The notes under the pieces are model-generated. The model was given only the letters and a program-made list of their open reading frames with translations, was not told the DNA's origin and did not search any database. From Klebsormidium nitens (taxonomy: Eukaryota > Plantae > Klebsormidiophyceae), in NCBI GenBank assembly GCA_000708835.1, contig DF236976.1, forward strand, positions 124,001-188,000: 64,000 nt of DNA, read 5' to 3'. The translations under genes were made by a program, and so were the position numbers. Below are positions 36,601 to 49,019 of this stretch, in pieces. Position 1 is the stretch's first letter, and each line of letters begins with the position of its first letter.

Positions 36601-38750
36601 TTGCGCAGTTTCGAAATTGAAGCGGTTAAAAGGTACTGTTTACTCAACTACAAGAAACTTTCTCATCCTCTCTGCTTGCTTCTCATCATTGCCGCACGAG
36701 AAAGCGCCTCGCATAAAAGTAGGCCTTGTTTCTGCCGCCCCTCTTTTATCTGCACCGGCATCTTCATCTCATCATTCCCCCTCCCACCAATAAGGCCTTC
36801 TTTTCTTCACTTCTCCTGAAGCTACGGGCGTTTCCAGCTATCTCATTACCCCCCTCTCACCAGCAAGGTCTTGTTTCCACTGCCCTTTTCTCAAAGCCAC
36901 CGGCATCTCCAGCCATTGCGTTATCCCCCTCTCACCAGCAAGGCCTTGTTTTCCCCGCAGCTTCTGCCCCGGCAACGGCCCCTCCGGCCCCTCCCTCCCG
37001 GTCACCACTTCCTACCGGTACGTCTGCGGGCCGACCAATGCGTCCGCGACGCACCTAGAAATCGTGCTCGCCTCGCAAAGCCCCTTCGCGACCACCAACA
37101 AAGTCCAGCTGAACAAGGCCTCCGTTTCGCCGTCGTACTGCCCCCCCGCCCAGCCGTGCGGGCTCGTCGGCGTCGGGAGTGTGTGGGACTACCGGGACGA
37201 TGGGCTCGCGAGCGCGCCCGCGTTTTACGAGACGCCGGCCGTCGACAGGGCCTCGGGGAACACCACGAACGCGTGGGTCACGATTCCGGGCTCCGGTGAG
37301 GAGGCGCTTCTCCTGAAATCTTATATTCCGAGCTGACGCTTCTGAGGTTGTGAAATCTAGAAATCTTAAAGAAGTAGCGACTTGATGCATCTGAGGTTGT
37401 GGAAGTGACTATGATTGAAGAGTGCTTTTCGGTATTGTTGCTCGAAGGACTGGACGTGTGATTAATTTCACTCCGCAAGCACCATAAAATTGGGACGGTT
37501 CAAAACTGAGTGTGCCACGTCATGCTGGTGACCTGAGTCGGTGCGACATCTCTCAACGGCGTGGGTCTCGGGATTTAGTTCCAAAGTCGGTTTTGTGTCC
37601 GCTCGATGACGATTGGATAGTAGCAACGCTCTCTCAGGGTAACAGGTTTCCTCCGGTTTCTGAGATTTCGTGCGGCTCTTGCAGGAAACACTTTAGTTCT
37701 CGTGAGTTGGCGTCGTTCAGAAGTGGCTTTAAGCTTGTTTGCAGACCCTCTATGGCGGTCCGCCCTCGCTGAGAACTTTGGAGAGCGGATAGACATTTTC
37801 TTGACGTGCTTGGTTGTCGCAATCTGCAAATGTAGACGAGGAGCCTCGCGAACTTGACAACTTTGCAGGGCGGACGTAACCTCTGCGAAAATTGTTGGAG
37901 GTTATGCTATTTGGCTTACATTCCCTCTCTCATTTTGAACCCCGCTTTCGGCGTTGCAGGTTGGCAGACCGGGCGCGCCCCCTTCTCGGCGGGCTTCGCC
38001 AACGACGGATTAAACACTAACCTGGCCCAAACCAGCGGGTACACCATGAAGCGCGTGGTGACCTACTTCTTCCGCAAGCAGTTTTACCTAGATAACCCGG
38101 CCTGCGTTTCCCAGTTAAACATGGGCCTTAACTACCTGGACGGAGTCGTGGTTTACCTTAACGGGCAAGAAGTGGGCCGCAAGAACATGGGGTATCGGTA
38201 TAATGACTATGGGAGTGCGACTAACGTGGCGGTCAACAACGGGTCCTTTGTGAGTGGCGTTTTCATCCCCCTTTGGGTTACAGCACTTCTGCTTTGGTTG
38301 AGATTCACAACAACTTTGTGTTTGGCCGGTTCGCATGCAATTATGAGTTCGAGTCGCCTACAGTGTTAGCAGCAGCCTCGCTAGTTTGCTATTCATCAAC
38401 TGGATGCAGTGGCGCATCCGTCAATCTCCGAGCTGTCAGGTAGCATCTTTCTTGCTCCGCCTGTCTCAAACCAGTGCATAGAAGTAGCCCTTGATCAAAT
38501 TGTGAGCCTTCTCTCGTTCGGAGTGACCCCTCCGGCATACGTTATGATTCTCGTCCATTACTTATGTGTCTGACCACTTGTTTTGAGCACGCAGGCTGCC
38601 CAGCAGCGGGGCGGGGCGTGGTGGGACTCGTTGACGATAGGTGGCGGCTGGCAAGCGGGTACTAACTTTCTGGCGGTGGAGGTACATACCGCCCAGTACC
38701 GGGGCCTAGGCATGACGTTCGACTCCTGGCTATCCGCACAAACCACGTAA
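27689..38750 (+). CDS. Large secreted G8-domain + TMEM2/CEMIP/fibrocystin-type parallel beta-helix protein with C-terminal jelly-roll (carbohydrate-binding-like) module; about 18 exons
   Basis: Signal peptide MDLSLSAWWRTTLLCACILATFFQNAFG. G8 motifs WSSPLTWG...VEVPCGRSILLD...GHLKFLD...TNYLLVQGQLTIG..DQPY...ATITL, VGGQLHLHG. CEMIP/PKHD1L1-type motifs DIVVASTDY, AEVALLTRHILIQG, GGHF, GQQGTLGRYPMHFH, RCIVVHGT, FNTSGHCFMVEDG, PATFWITNANN, GFWYE, FFNNTAHSN. C-terminal WDYRDDG...WQTGRAPFSAG...TYFFRKQF...DGVVVYLNGQEVGR.N...GTNFLAVEVH...FDSWL*. Junctions from 28.5 kb onward are frame-consistent; the 5'-most junctions are uncertain. Confidence 0.9.
28204..28266 (+). repeat. Imperfect 21-bp tandem repeat x3
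   Basis: gcccccactaagcaatcaggt / gcccccagtacgcaatcagat / gctcccactatgcaatcaggt. Confidence 0.85.
36721..36960 (+). repeat. Degenerate ~72-75 bp tandem repeat (about 3.3 units) ending at an intron acceptor of the G8 gene
   Basis: Units start with AGG(C/T)CTT at 36721, 36793, 36866 and 36941. The first three end in cccct(c)(c)cacca(a/g)(t/c)a; the last runs into the AG at 36959-36960. Confidence 0.75.
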
Positions 38751-39883
38751 GGCAACTTCCTGTGTAGAACCTTTGTTTTGTATCGAAGTCTCCTGTCTTT
38801 GAAGGTCGCTTGCGCTCCGATATAACCCCTCATGGATCGCTTGATGCGATACAGTCTCTGAGAAAGAGATTGCAATGAGTGTTTAATGCGCTCAATGGTT
38901 GACAAAATTCTCTGAGATGGCGGTTGCTTGCCTTGTGCTGCATTCCGGCAGTATGATACTCATTTTTTGCTTTGCCGTATCCTTCCTGTTGCAGATGTTC
39001 AACAACGTCCAACGTTTAGTTCTGGAATTTCCTGTATTATATATATACTCCCAATTCATAAATCCAATGACATTTTGGTATGGACAAGGTAACCTATGGT
39101 ACAGACGAGTCGGCTCGTAGCGCGCAGCTTCTATTTCACCATTTTAGCTTAGCAAGTGGCTAGCTCCGAGCATGGAGGTTAAACACGTCCTGATGCCAGC
39201 TGCACGATCCGGCTGGTTTGTTGTTCAGCAACTCAACGCAATTGCACTTGACTTGATAATATTGAAAGATCTATCCTGAGGTGACTACATATGGTGCTGG
39301 CATCTGTATCAAGCACACTGAAGACCGCATGCAAGGGGTGTTGGTGACTGGCGCTTATCATTGCAATCAGCGCCACATGATTGTTAATCTCAACCCAATG
39401 TGCATGTTGCTACGTTTCGTGATACCCGGGCATGCAGGATGGTTTGCATGCACGTACGTCCAGGTGATTTCTCTTCACTAAGTTGGTAGTTTTAGCAAGT
39501 GCAATTGACTGCGCGGCTCTGAGACATACACGAGTGGAAGGTGCTCAGTTCCAGTCCTGATCTGTTCAACACGTTCGTGGCCGCCAGACTGTTGGACTTT
39601 GATATATACACAGCGCGCATATACTGCGCGGCATAAGAAAGCATCCAGGTATGAAGTCAACGCTCTTTTCGCAACATGCTCAAACAATTGCCTTCCCTAG
39701 CACACAGTATGGACGGTGGGTAGCGTGCATCATCCAGTTTGATAATCGAGCGGTCTGTCTCTGATTCTGCTTTCAAGCTATGTACATCGCCGAAGTTTTG
39801 CCGTCGATCTTGTGACTCGCTATAGAAAAAGGCCGACGACGATCAAACACAGTAACGGTAGTCTATACACGCAAGCGGGTCTA

Positions 39884-42296
39884 TCAAAGCGAGCCGGTGG
39901 TGGCTCTTCTGGTGATCTGTCGTCGTCTGCCGTCTCCTTGAGTGATCACGCTCTGCGACCGTTGCGGTTGAAGGTGTGGGTTGCTTATCCAAAACGGATC
40001 GGGGGGCCGTCGACAGGCCGCATGGCCGACTACCACTGCAAACAGGCAAGAATCCAGAGCTTCAGAATGCTCGACAAAAGCACAACGTGCTTTTTGAAGC
40101 GACGTTGCTTTAAAAATATGGACGTATGGATATAGATGGTCCGAAACGGGATACGCCCGGGGTTTCTTTCCACAGGACCGATATCCAAAACACTGCAGAC
40201 GTGCATCCCGCCAAGGCCTCGTTTTCGCCTCTGTTTTGAGTTTGTACACAGCGCTTTGCAATCTCCGCTCCCCTCACGAGTGACAATGTAAGGGGCGTGA
40301 CTCAGCACCCTCAGCAGCAGATTGTCGGGCAAAAGGAGGCGCCATCCAGAAGCGCAATTGCAGAACCAACTGAAAGATTCCCGCGAAGATACAAGGAAAT
40401 ATGTGTGCACTCACCCGCACCCCCCAACAGTGCCGCAACGACCAGCGCCAGGAGCACCTGAGAGAGTATCACCACGAGCGCCGAAACTGCACAACAGCAG
40501 GATGGGGAGCTAAGAGAGGGCAGCTTGAGTGACTGGCATAAGGCTGCTCAACAAGATCGCTCTGAGTAGGGTGCTGATATGTTAGAGCTCGAAGAGAACC
40601 AGTTAGGCTTCAGCTACGAAGAAATAGAAGACAAAGCAGTAGCCCCTGTGCACAACAATCTAAGCAGACGGTCTTCTTCCTGAGGGGGAGAGCTGTATGG
40701 TCGACCCCAGCACACAAACGCCAGTAATCTCCGGTTGTACCTTTTCAGAAAATCTTGGCTTGGGTTTCGAATGGCAGCAAGTTTGCCTGTGCTTACGCAT
40801 TTGGAATCCCCAGCTCATATACTGGAATGTTGTACTGTACACGTTCACGTCTGGCCGCCGGCGGTACTTCAGAAACAGGTCCCAACATTTGACCAGCGCC
40901 ACCATCGCCAGCAGAGCAAAGGGCCTTTTGAACCTGCGGACAAACCCTTTTGAGTTTTGACAGGAGCTTGGGTACCTCGGCCTTTTGAGGAGGCCACGGT
41001 TGAATGTTTGATTGGCAGTCGGTATTGCCAAAATAGAGCCCGTGGAGGGCCTTCGTTGCCCAGACATGGTTTTCCTTCAATCAGCAAAAAAACAGAATCC
41101 CTTTTGCAAGAGAAATCTAGAGGTCACTCAGGATGAACGATGGCAACTTCATTGCTGGAACAGAGCGCGGAGGTGAGTTAGGTTTCGCTTCAAAACACTA
41201 TACACGAATCTCACACAAATGTCCAAGCTGGGACTGAAAGTCAACTCAAAAGCCCGATGGCTCTCGATTCCAATCGACTCTCGACCTCTCGAATGGAAGA
41301 TCGATTCGACACTCACATGACACACACGAACGCGACGCACATGATGGCCACATAGTTGCCCAGGTACACGCCTAGATTGCCCTGTAATCTGCTCTCCAGC
41401 TCCATCTCAGTCCCGGGCAAAGCATACGACTCCCAGAAGCCCTGCATCAGGAGTCAAGTCAGTACGACATTCGGCACAGCCAAAACTCGTCCTAGCGCTG
41501 ACTTCAATCTACTTGGCAGACAGTTTCGGGGGCACTTTTGCAAGGTGCTTGCCTGTAGCAAGTCAAAGTCATACTGATTGAGTGAGCGAAGCGATAAGCA
41601 GTATCTGATTGTGCAGGCCCCTGCAGCCACTTTCAAAAGAGTTGCGGAATAGCCTATGAATCTGAGCTGGGTTCAATCATTTAAGTATGCTTTTCAGAAG
41701 GGAGGGTCGATTGAGGATGCAGGCATTGGTTCAAGAAGATTTCAGGTTGAGTTTCTTCCAATCACAGGTTTCGAAAGGAGCCTTTAGTAGTCGCCACAGC
41801 TTCAACAAGCACACTCCCTCAAGGAATACAATCCATAGATCTTCTAAAAAACTCTCATGCGAAAGTCGCTGCGTTTCTATATTTTTCCAGCTGCTTCTCA
41901 CGCTGCATGTCAACTTCCCCGCTAATGTGACACGTGCACCACCCTCATATACATTCTAAACAACAACCATAGCAGCATTGCTTACAAGCTCCAGGAACAC
42001 CGAGATCAAGCCCAAACAACATGAGAAAACAAGGCAAGTAAAAGCAGACTCCTCAGGCATCTCACCAGCCCTGCGCTATTCACGAAGTCCCCCCGCCACG
42101 GGCGCGCCGGCGTCCTGAGGTCCTCCAATGTCAGGCCCATCACTAAATTTGCTAGGCCGCTCCGGGCCACCCCTTCCGATGTGGACGGGTCTGAATCATC
42201 GCCCCTGAGGCCCGCCCATCCCTTGGTCAGCCAGCGGTGGAAGTCACGGTCCGACACCGTGAGACCAATCGGGTTTATTAAGTAGTCGTGCGACAT
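39884..42296 (-). CDS. PRA1H: Prenylated Rab acceptor PRA1 family protein, PRA1.H-like
   Basis: MSHDYLINPIGLTVSDRDFHRWL resembles the PRA1.H N-terminus (NPLSLSVPDPAFESWL). Then RPWRGDF...SYALP...ESRLQGNLGVYLGNYVAIMCVAFVCVMFKRPFALLAMVALVKCWDLF, further hydrophobic exons (VSALVVILSQVLLALVVAALLGGA), and VVVGHAACRR...GSL*. Confidence 0.85.
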
Positions 42297-43001
42297 CGTG
42301 CTTAGCTCGTCTGTCAGTTCAAGTTCAGAATGTTGTATTTCAACTTTGAGAGTCCCTTTTTTCAGACCCCTGGTTTGATGAGTGCCATTTGTTGTATGCG
42401 CCTCAGGGAATCAAATGACCAACTTGAAAGCTCGGGAGTTATGGGGTGCACTTGCTATATGTGGTTCTTATGCTGCTGAAAGCTGTCCCAAAAGCATGTC
42501 ATAGAGGAGCCCTTCCAACCGGTTTCATACAGTACATCGACCTTCAGTTACTCGTAATATGACACCCGCATTCTCCAAAAAAGTGGTGTATTGCTCAACT
42601 GCAAGAGCAATCTGAATGTTCATGCACAAACAGTTACACCGAGCATCCTGCTCAATTGAAGCTGCAGAATGGCCACCAGAACAGCTCCAAAAGTTAGGAG
42701 ACGCCCCGCCCTTGATGCAGTGCTCCGCTTCTAGTCTTGCAATGGCATTCGACGTTCTTCTCGATCATCGCAAATCTACGGGCGTCTCCTTGTTTTGTAG
42801 CTGAGTAGCCTGGCCGTCCGATCCCAGCCTGGCCGTCCGATCGCACGCACATGAGAGACGCATTAACACTTGTGATTTCTATGAGAACGCGGCTCAAAGA
42901 GTGTTATATTACGCGCCCTGAGCTACAAGGCGGCTCAGGCCCGATTCTTCACAGCCTACCCCACTCAGAGTCACAGTCTGTCCCTACTCAATCAGGGATT
43001 T

Positions 43002-43011
43002 GCCACGTGGC
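43002..43011. promoter_or_regulatory. Perfect palindromic G-box GCCACGTGGC in the PRA1.H/thioesterase divergent region
   Basis: Read directly from the sequence; function inferred only. Confidence 0.35.
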
Positions 43012-43479
43012 TCTCCTTCGTGACCGGTGAACTCATCGTGTGCCAGCTGGCATGGTGGGTTTGCAGATTGCTGCATGGTCGGAGAAGTTGCTCCGGAGCT
43101 CATGACGAGAAAGGAATGCTGCACATGACGCATGCCAGGTGAGCGCCTGCACCTGAAATGCTACAGCCTCAGGAGACTTTCTTGAAACTTGGCAGCAGTC
43201 GCAGCAAACCGTGCCACCGATTCATGGTTAAGGGCTCCTTCCTCTTGCAGCTGGATTGCCAGCTCTCCTAGGAGCTAGCTGAATGAGCCAATCAAGTAAA
43301 GGCAGCAAATTCTAGTTTATCCACCTTCCTTGCTTGCTCACACAGGACCAGGCAATATCAGAGCACTCCTCCACTTGTCAAGGTCCGCAAAGCTAGTGGA
43401 GGTAGTAAGGGGGAAAACGCAGTTGCGGCACTCTCAATCAAAGCGACATCAGTCAATCCTTGTCCTTCTCTAATTCAGC

Positions 43480-46282
43480 ATGGCACTTGCTGGCATGTCT
43501 GAAGAGTTCAAGCAGAAGCAGGCCCTGTTCTTCAATCAGCAGCACTCAGGGCTGCTGGACGTGACCGATGAGGTGGCGGCCTGGACGGAAGAGCTGGTTA
43601 AGCAGGAGAATTTTGTAATCACTTCGAAACCGGCGGAGTACCTGGAGGTAGGTCTGCTTAACATTGCAGTTTTCATTGTACTGAGGCTTGAATCTGATTG
43701 GTGATTGGCACAAATTCTCAATCAATGATTCAGCAATCAGAGATAACATGATTGGAGGCTTTGAAAGTGACCACCGCTTATCATAATGCTGCAGCATTTT
43801 GCATCCTGAGACAATGTAACAATCTGCGTGGAGTTCAGCTCGAGTCACCATGTTGTCATGCGTATCCATGGTGGCATCCACAACCTCCAAAGGAAAGCAT
43901 GGCCAATTTCCAAGAAGGGCGTGCACTTGAGACTGCAAATGGATCAACGTCCAGTCATTTCTTTGGTCGTCCTGCCCCTGAGCTGGTCTTTGGTTACGGC
44001 CCCCTCAGTCGCAAAGTTGAGCTTCTATGCGCCAGTCTTTTTCACATATCAATAACTCAGTCTACGCCAGAGTCTGTTCTTCTACCTATCCATGGCGCAA
44101 GAAGTGAAGTGTCCCATCTTGCTCTCTTGCAGACAGTCCGAACTAACCTCAAGTGGGATCATATGAACATGGTAAGCTTCTTTTACTGTGATCTCTCCTG
44201 TCTAAGCCTGGTATTGCAGCGGCCCTTCCGAGCGGACTCTCTAGGATTTACCAGGGGCATAATCGTTGTCCTTGAAAGCCACATTGTCACATTTTGTCAG
44301 AGGTCGGATTGTCGTTGACATCTCTCTGCTCTTGAATGGTGAAGCTGAACGTCTTAGTTCACTATGCTTATTGTACTGTTACAAATACTATTATAGGCTG
44401 GACAGATCAGTCTACTACTCAGGAGCGGTAGGAGCTTCTTTCGAATGTGAAGTGTAAAGTACTTCACCATTGCATTGACCTCTGTCTCTCAAAGTCGAAT
44501 GCAGCGCGTACGTGCTGTCAGAACATATATCCTTTCTCAAGCTTGAGAGAATCTGCGATCCTTCTCCTGTTAAAGTGAGCAAATGGTCTCTTGAGTTCCA
44601 CGCAAGTATGGGTTCGTAAAATCTGGTCGTAGTCTAGTCAAGCGTACCAGCGATACTCCCTGGCTTTCTCAGCTCCAGCCTCAAAGACAGTCGACGGCTT
44701 GGCGAAGACTGCAGGAGTTAAGTCGCAAAACGTCACTCCTTTCTGGTCCTGCAGAAGAAGGCACTGGTGCGCTTGCAGTTGATGGACAGCACGCTCTGGT
44801 TCTTGCCCGCCCTTCAACGGGATGGCGAGCGAAACCAGCTGTGCGGGATCTGGAGGTATGCAGCATTTCCAACAATAAGCTCTGTGCGACCTACTCAAGA
44901 ACTTTATAATTCAATATCTCCAGTATTCAAATGTTCACCTGTTCGAAGTCGTCAGGCTGTCATCGACAGAGGACTCTCTGTGAGATCAAGTCTATCCTAG
45001 AGGTTTCACATAGTCATTCGTTTCAATCTTCTTGCGGCAAGTAGAGCAGCTGTTGTCTTTGATGCGGACACTTCTCTCTCGATGTATTCGGAAATACAAA
45101 AGTAACACACAGTGCACTCAGATCTGTTCTTAGAATGATTATCCATGTGGGCGGATCTGCACAATCGGTGCGGCCGACCAGTCCTTTCAAATCTCTTTCC
45201 TGCATCGAAAATCTCGAGAAAGTATTCGGGCGGTCACCAAACGACCCGTGATATCGAGGTTCAGATTCGTTCGAGCGACTGCGAGCCGAGCGTGCAGCTA
45301 TGTATGGTACCACTAGCGAAGAGCTTGATTCTCTTGGTCGACGAACGTTGATACAGAAAGAGCTCGAAAGTGCTGTTCACGCCACAGCTGTGAACGGTCG
45401 AACGATTGGTTGAGAAGATAATCCGCTGAAAAGTCCGAGCCGCCAAGTGTGCAGACGCGTGGCGACTCCTAAACGCTAACAAGAACTTTTTACCCCTCCA
45501 GGTTTGGTGATTCCATGGTTGGTCACCCGCACGTGACGCACGGGGGCGCCATCTCCTTTGCTTTTGACGAGAGCTTTGGGGTGCTCTTTGCGTCGGCCTT
45601 TGCATACCAGGGAGTGCTCGGCATGACTGCGAACTTGTCCGTCGACTACAAGAAGCCGTACCCCGCCAATAAGCACGCGTTGCTCAGGGCGCATGTTGAG
45701 AACGTGGAGAGGCGAAAGGTAAAACGACGATCTTCGACTTGGAAGGCTCTAGAATTGGCGCCTTGCAGTTCCGGGTTACGTTGACCGTGCGTTAGTTTAT
45801 GGGGGACAGCGTTGTGGTCGACAGCAGAATTTGAACTGCTTTCGCTCGACTGCTGGTTTATTCCGGGGTCACCCGGACGCCTACGCTTCTTGAAGAGCTT
45901 TTGCTGCGCCACTTCATGTTATGTACAGCCTATCCTATTCAGAAAGTATGCAGATTAGCGTCTGCTCAGGCACTTCTATGTTGCCCAAGAGTTGCGAAGT
46001 TGCCGCTCTCGGTGGGCCCTATTCCTAACGCCAAGGCATTGTCGCCGCTGTCCATCTTGTTCTTGTTCTTGCGCTGCTCTTCTGTTGGCTGTAAATTCAC
46101 TTCAGCGAGTCTCATGAAGGGCTGCCAGTACGTATGGTGCTCACCTTAATTGCGTGTGACAGGTGTTTATGAAGGCGACCCTTCAGGACGGGCCCAACGG
46201 CGCCATCTATGCCGAGGCAAAAGCCCTCTTCATTATCCTCAAGGATCCGCCTCCGCAGTCGGCAAAAAGGCCTGAGTCCTGA
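43480..46282 (+). CDS. Hotdog-fold acyl-CoA thioesterase, THEM4/PaaI-like
   Basis: Exons at about 43480-43647, 44132-44170, 44755-44856, 45501-45718 (FGDSMVGHPHVTHGGAISFAFDESFG...GMTANLSVDYKKP...LLRAHVENVERRK) and 46163-46282 (VFMKATLQDGPNGAIYAEAKALFI...*). The HGG-x6-DE catalytic motif is present. Confidence 0.88.
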
Positions 46283-47142
46283 CTTGCAGTGGGGTTGGAG
46301 CGCTTGATTGAGACTCGTCGACTACACGGACGGAGGACAGTTAATATTATATGTTTGCCACAGATCATGTGTTGCTCGCTTTCGTCAAATTACCAGGTTT
46401 TGGAGCATGGCTCTTCGAAGCGTTGTAGCATACACAAAGATAGGTTTTGTAGTATTGAATGCGAAGTTTCGTAATTTGCAAAAATGAGTACCAACTAAAA
46501 CAATCACTGCCAGACGGTGATGACCCACTCTAATCCATGTATCGTTGTCTTTCAGCCCTTCTAGAAATGGACAACGTGACGACTGCTTTCTCATAGCTGT
46601 AAATTTGACACTCGCTAGCATTGATCTGCATAAGTATGTACGAAGCCGGCCGGCCGCGACTTCATGCCCGTATATTGAGCATATGTTGCAGATTGCTTGA
46701 ACAGCCTAGAAGGGATATTGAAGGGTTCAATGTGTATGCATGCAGCGCCCACGTGCTGGCTTACCATGGATGAAGCCGGGATTACGTGAATCCACGCAAC
46801 GATATATGCGTGTACATGCGCATATATATACGCTCGCGCTCTGCCAGAAGCAAGGTACATAAAATCTTGGATCTCAAGTGCAGTGTTTAACTGTGGTAAG
46901 TCGGAATGGCGCCGTTCACGTCGGCGAGGACGCCAAGTCATGCATCCTGTTTATATTGAAGTACACGCAGACGCACTGGGTTTGATTGTGGCCAGTTACC
47001 ATTTTCGCTAACCTCTTATTTCAGCAAATCCTCAGGCGCAGCGGCACTGTCCTTACATAAAAGCAGAGTAAGTACTAGTGTCTTCGTGGATTCATGCTGG
47101 GGTAGCTCTCGATTGTCGATCAAGGGGCGGCGGCGGCCGGAT

Positions 47143-47162
47143 NNNNNNNNNNNNNNNNNNNN
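47143..47162. other. Assembly gap (20 N) in a very GC-rich, self-complementary stretch
   Basis: Ns flanked by ggggcggcggcggccggat and ggcggccggccgcgccggcgcggc. Confidence 0.99.
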
Positions 47163-47580
47163 GGCGGCCGGCCGCGCCGGCGCGGCACGGCGGAACCAAC
47201 GACCCGGGGGTTTTGCACGGGTTTTGCCGCGATGAGGAGTGCGCGGGATGGCGCACCGGTTGAGGTCCAATTCTTCAGATTGACCGGACAGCGGCATGTT
47301 CGTCATTATTGTTGTTCCGTGCATGGTGGTTCTCCTCGCCGCAGCATTGAGCGGAAGTTTCTGAGTTGATGGACGTTTGTGTCCTTTTGTGAAAAGATCG
47401 TTTCTAGGAGGAACAATTTGTCCACTCTACACTTTGATGAGCAGAGAACTCGGTACCCTCGCGCAAAGGACATGGTTCTCTCGCAGATGCTCAAGCCGGG
47501 TATTTCTTGCAGATACACGGCCAAGTCAACTTTGATTAGCCCTCGCGAAGAAGACGAAGGTAGCTAGGACACACTATCTG

Positions 47581-49019
47581 ATGGGGAGCAGCGGAGGGAG
47601 CCGCATGTCTCGGAACCTGTTTGAAACCCTGCCTGAGCCCTTGATTCTCGAAGTATTCTCTCGTATCCCGTTGGTAGAGCAACAAGCAGCTGTCTCGCAG
47701 TGCTGTAGACAATTTAGAGATCTGGTGCAGCAGACCCCTGTCCTGCACATCATTGATGAAGATGCCACGGGCAACGTATTCAAAAGAGCCATCTCGAAGG
47801 TGATTCTAGGCAGAGAACGGAAAAGTCTGAAAGAATTGAGAGTGCTAGCCGATGAGGTGCTTTTCGAAAGTTCCGCCATCAGAGATTGGATCCGCAGCTG
47901 CTCACTCTCCCTCAAAGTTCTGTACATATTTGACGATTGGAACGACAGGACTCAGGCTGCAGACCTGAGCGCGCGCCTTCGGTGCGCCTTAACGTGTCCA
48001 TCACTGGAGAGGCTCTTTTTGAGCGGCAGCTGCAGCGTTCCTCTGGATCCTGCTGTGATCAACCTGCACGCTCTAGGGTTCAGATATCTGAGAGAAATCA
48101 CTCTGCTAAGGTTGAGTGTTTCAACAACCGAGACCCTCCAAATTCTCGTAAATGCGGCTCCCTTTCTGACCAAGCTTCACCTGCCTTCGCTCACAGGCCT
48201 TCGAGAGATATCAATCCAAAGTCAGGTTTTGCAAGACTTCTTGGTCACTAGGGTTCATGCTTGGGACTCAGCACACCACCAGATTCCCATGGAGAAGTTC
48301 GACTCCGTCATTTTGTCGACGCCCAACTTGAGCTACGCTGCTGTTGGTGACGTCAACCAAATGATTGACATCCGGTCTGCAAATCTAGAACAATTGGTCC
48401 TTACCACGCAGCAAGTTGCAACTTCCAATGCACAGATCTCTCTAAGCTTGTGTACTTGGAGATTGATGCCTCTGGTGGACCTGCCTACGATCAGTTTGAA
48501 GGCTACGAGGCCTTTCGAGGAAATTGGGCAATTGGCAAGATTCTGAGTCTGGTTACTCAGCAAAGAGGAACGCTCAAAGGATTAGACATACTCAATTCTG
48601 GCGACGCTTCTTGTGGGCACAGAAAGGAGTCGCTGGTGGAGCTTTTCCAGAAAATTGCATCGGTACAAGAATTTCATGTCTCATTCGACTTCCTTGAGAA
48701 CAACGGATTGGAGAAGCTGTGGGAAGAGCAGGAAGGGAAGTGGCAAGATCTCGTGAGGTCACCGGTTGGCATTTTAAGTGTGCTCGAAGATGTTTTCTTT
48801 CATTGCTACAACAAGGCCAGGGAAAATCCTCATGCCATGTACATCGACCTCTTTCTTCAGACGTGTCCGAAGCTCCGGTACGTGTCAATACAGCACCACA
48901 GTGGCTGGCCAATCTGGGAAGCAGGATTCATCCGTGCAGTCTTTGCTTTGCAACGGAGTTTTCCAGCAGTAGAGATAGACCTTCAGCTGCCTGACACTGA
49001 TATAGGTGTACATTCTTGA
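47581..49019 (+). pseudogene. Intronless F-box/LRR gene interrupted by one frameshift near 48421-48426 (pseudogene or consensus error)
   Basis: F-box motif FETLPEPLILEVFSRIP...VSQCCRQFRDLV followed by LRR-like repeats (LERLFLSG, LREITLLRL, LTKLHLPSL, LSYAAVG, LEQLVLT). It continues in the -1 frame as FQCTDLSKLVYLEIDAS...TCPKLRYVSI...VEIDLQLP*. There is no GT-AG intron at the junction. Confidence 0.75.

Noticed and set aside
42807-42842. 17-bp direct repeat agcctggccgtccgatc x2
   Set aside because: Only two copies with no spacer array; a simple local duplication, not CRISPR-like or a TE end.
46790-46835. Alternating purine-pyrimidine tract (atatatgcgtgtacatgcgcatatatata), with similar tracts near 39.6 and 55.8 kb
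   Set aside because: Short low-complexity intergenic sequence; nothing supports a Z-DNA or RY-element function.
48400-48450. Programmed ribosomal frameshift in the F-box gene
   Set aside because: No slippery heptamer or evident stimulatory structure; a 1-bp deletion explains it more simply.
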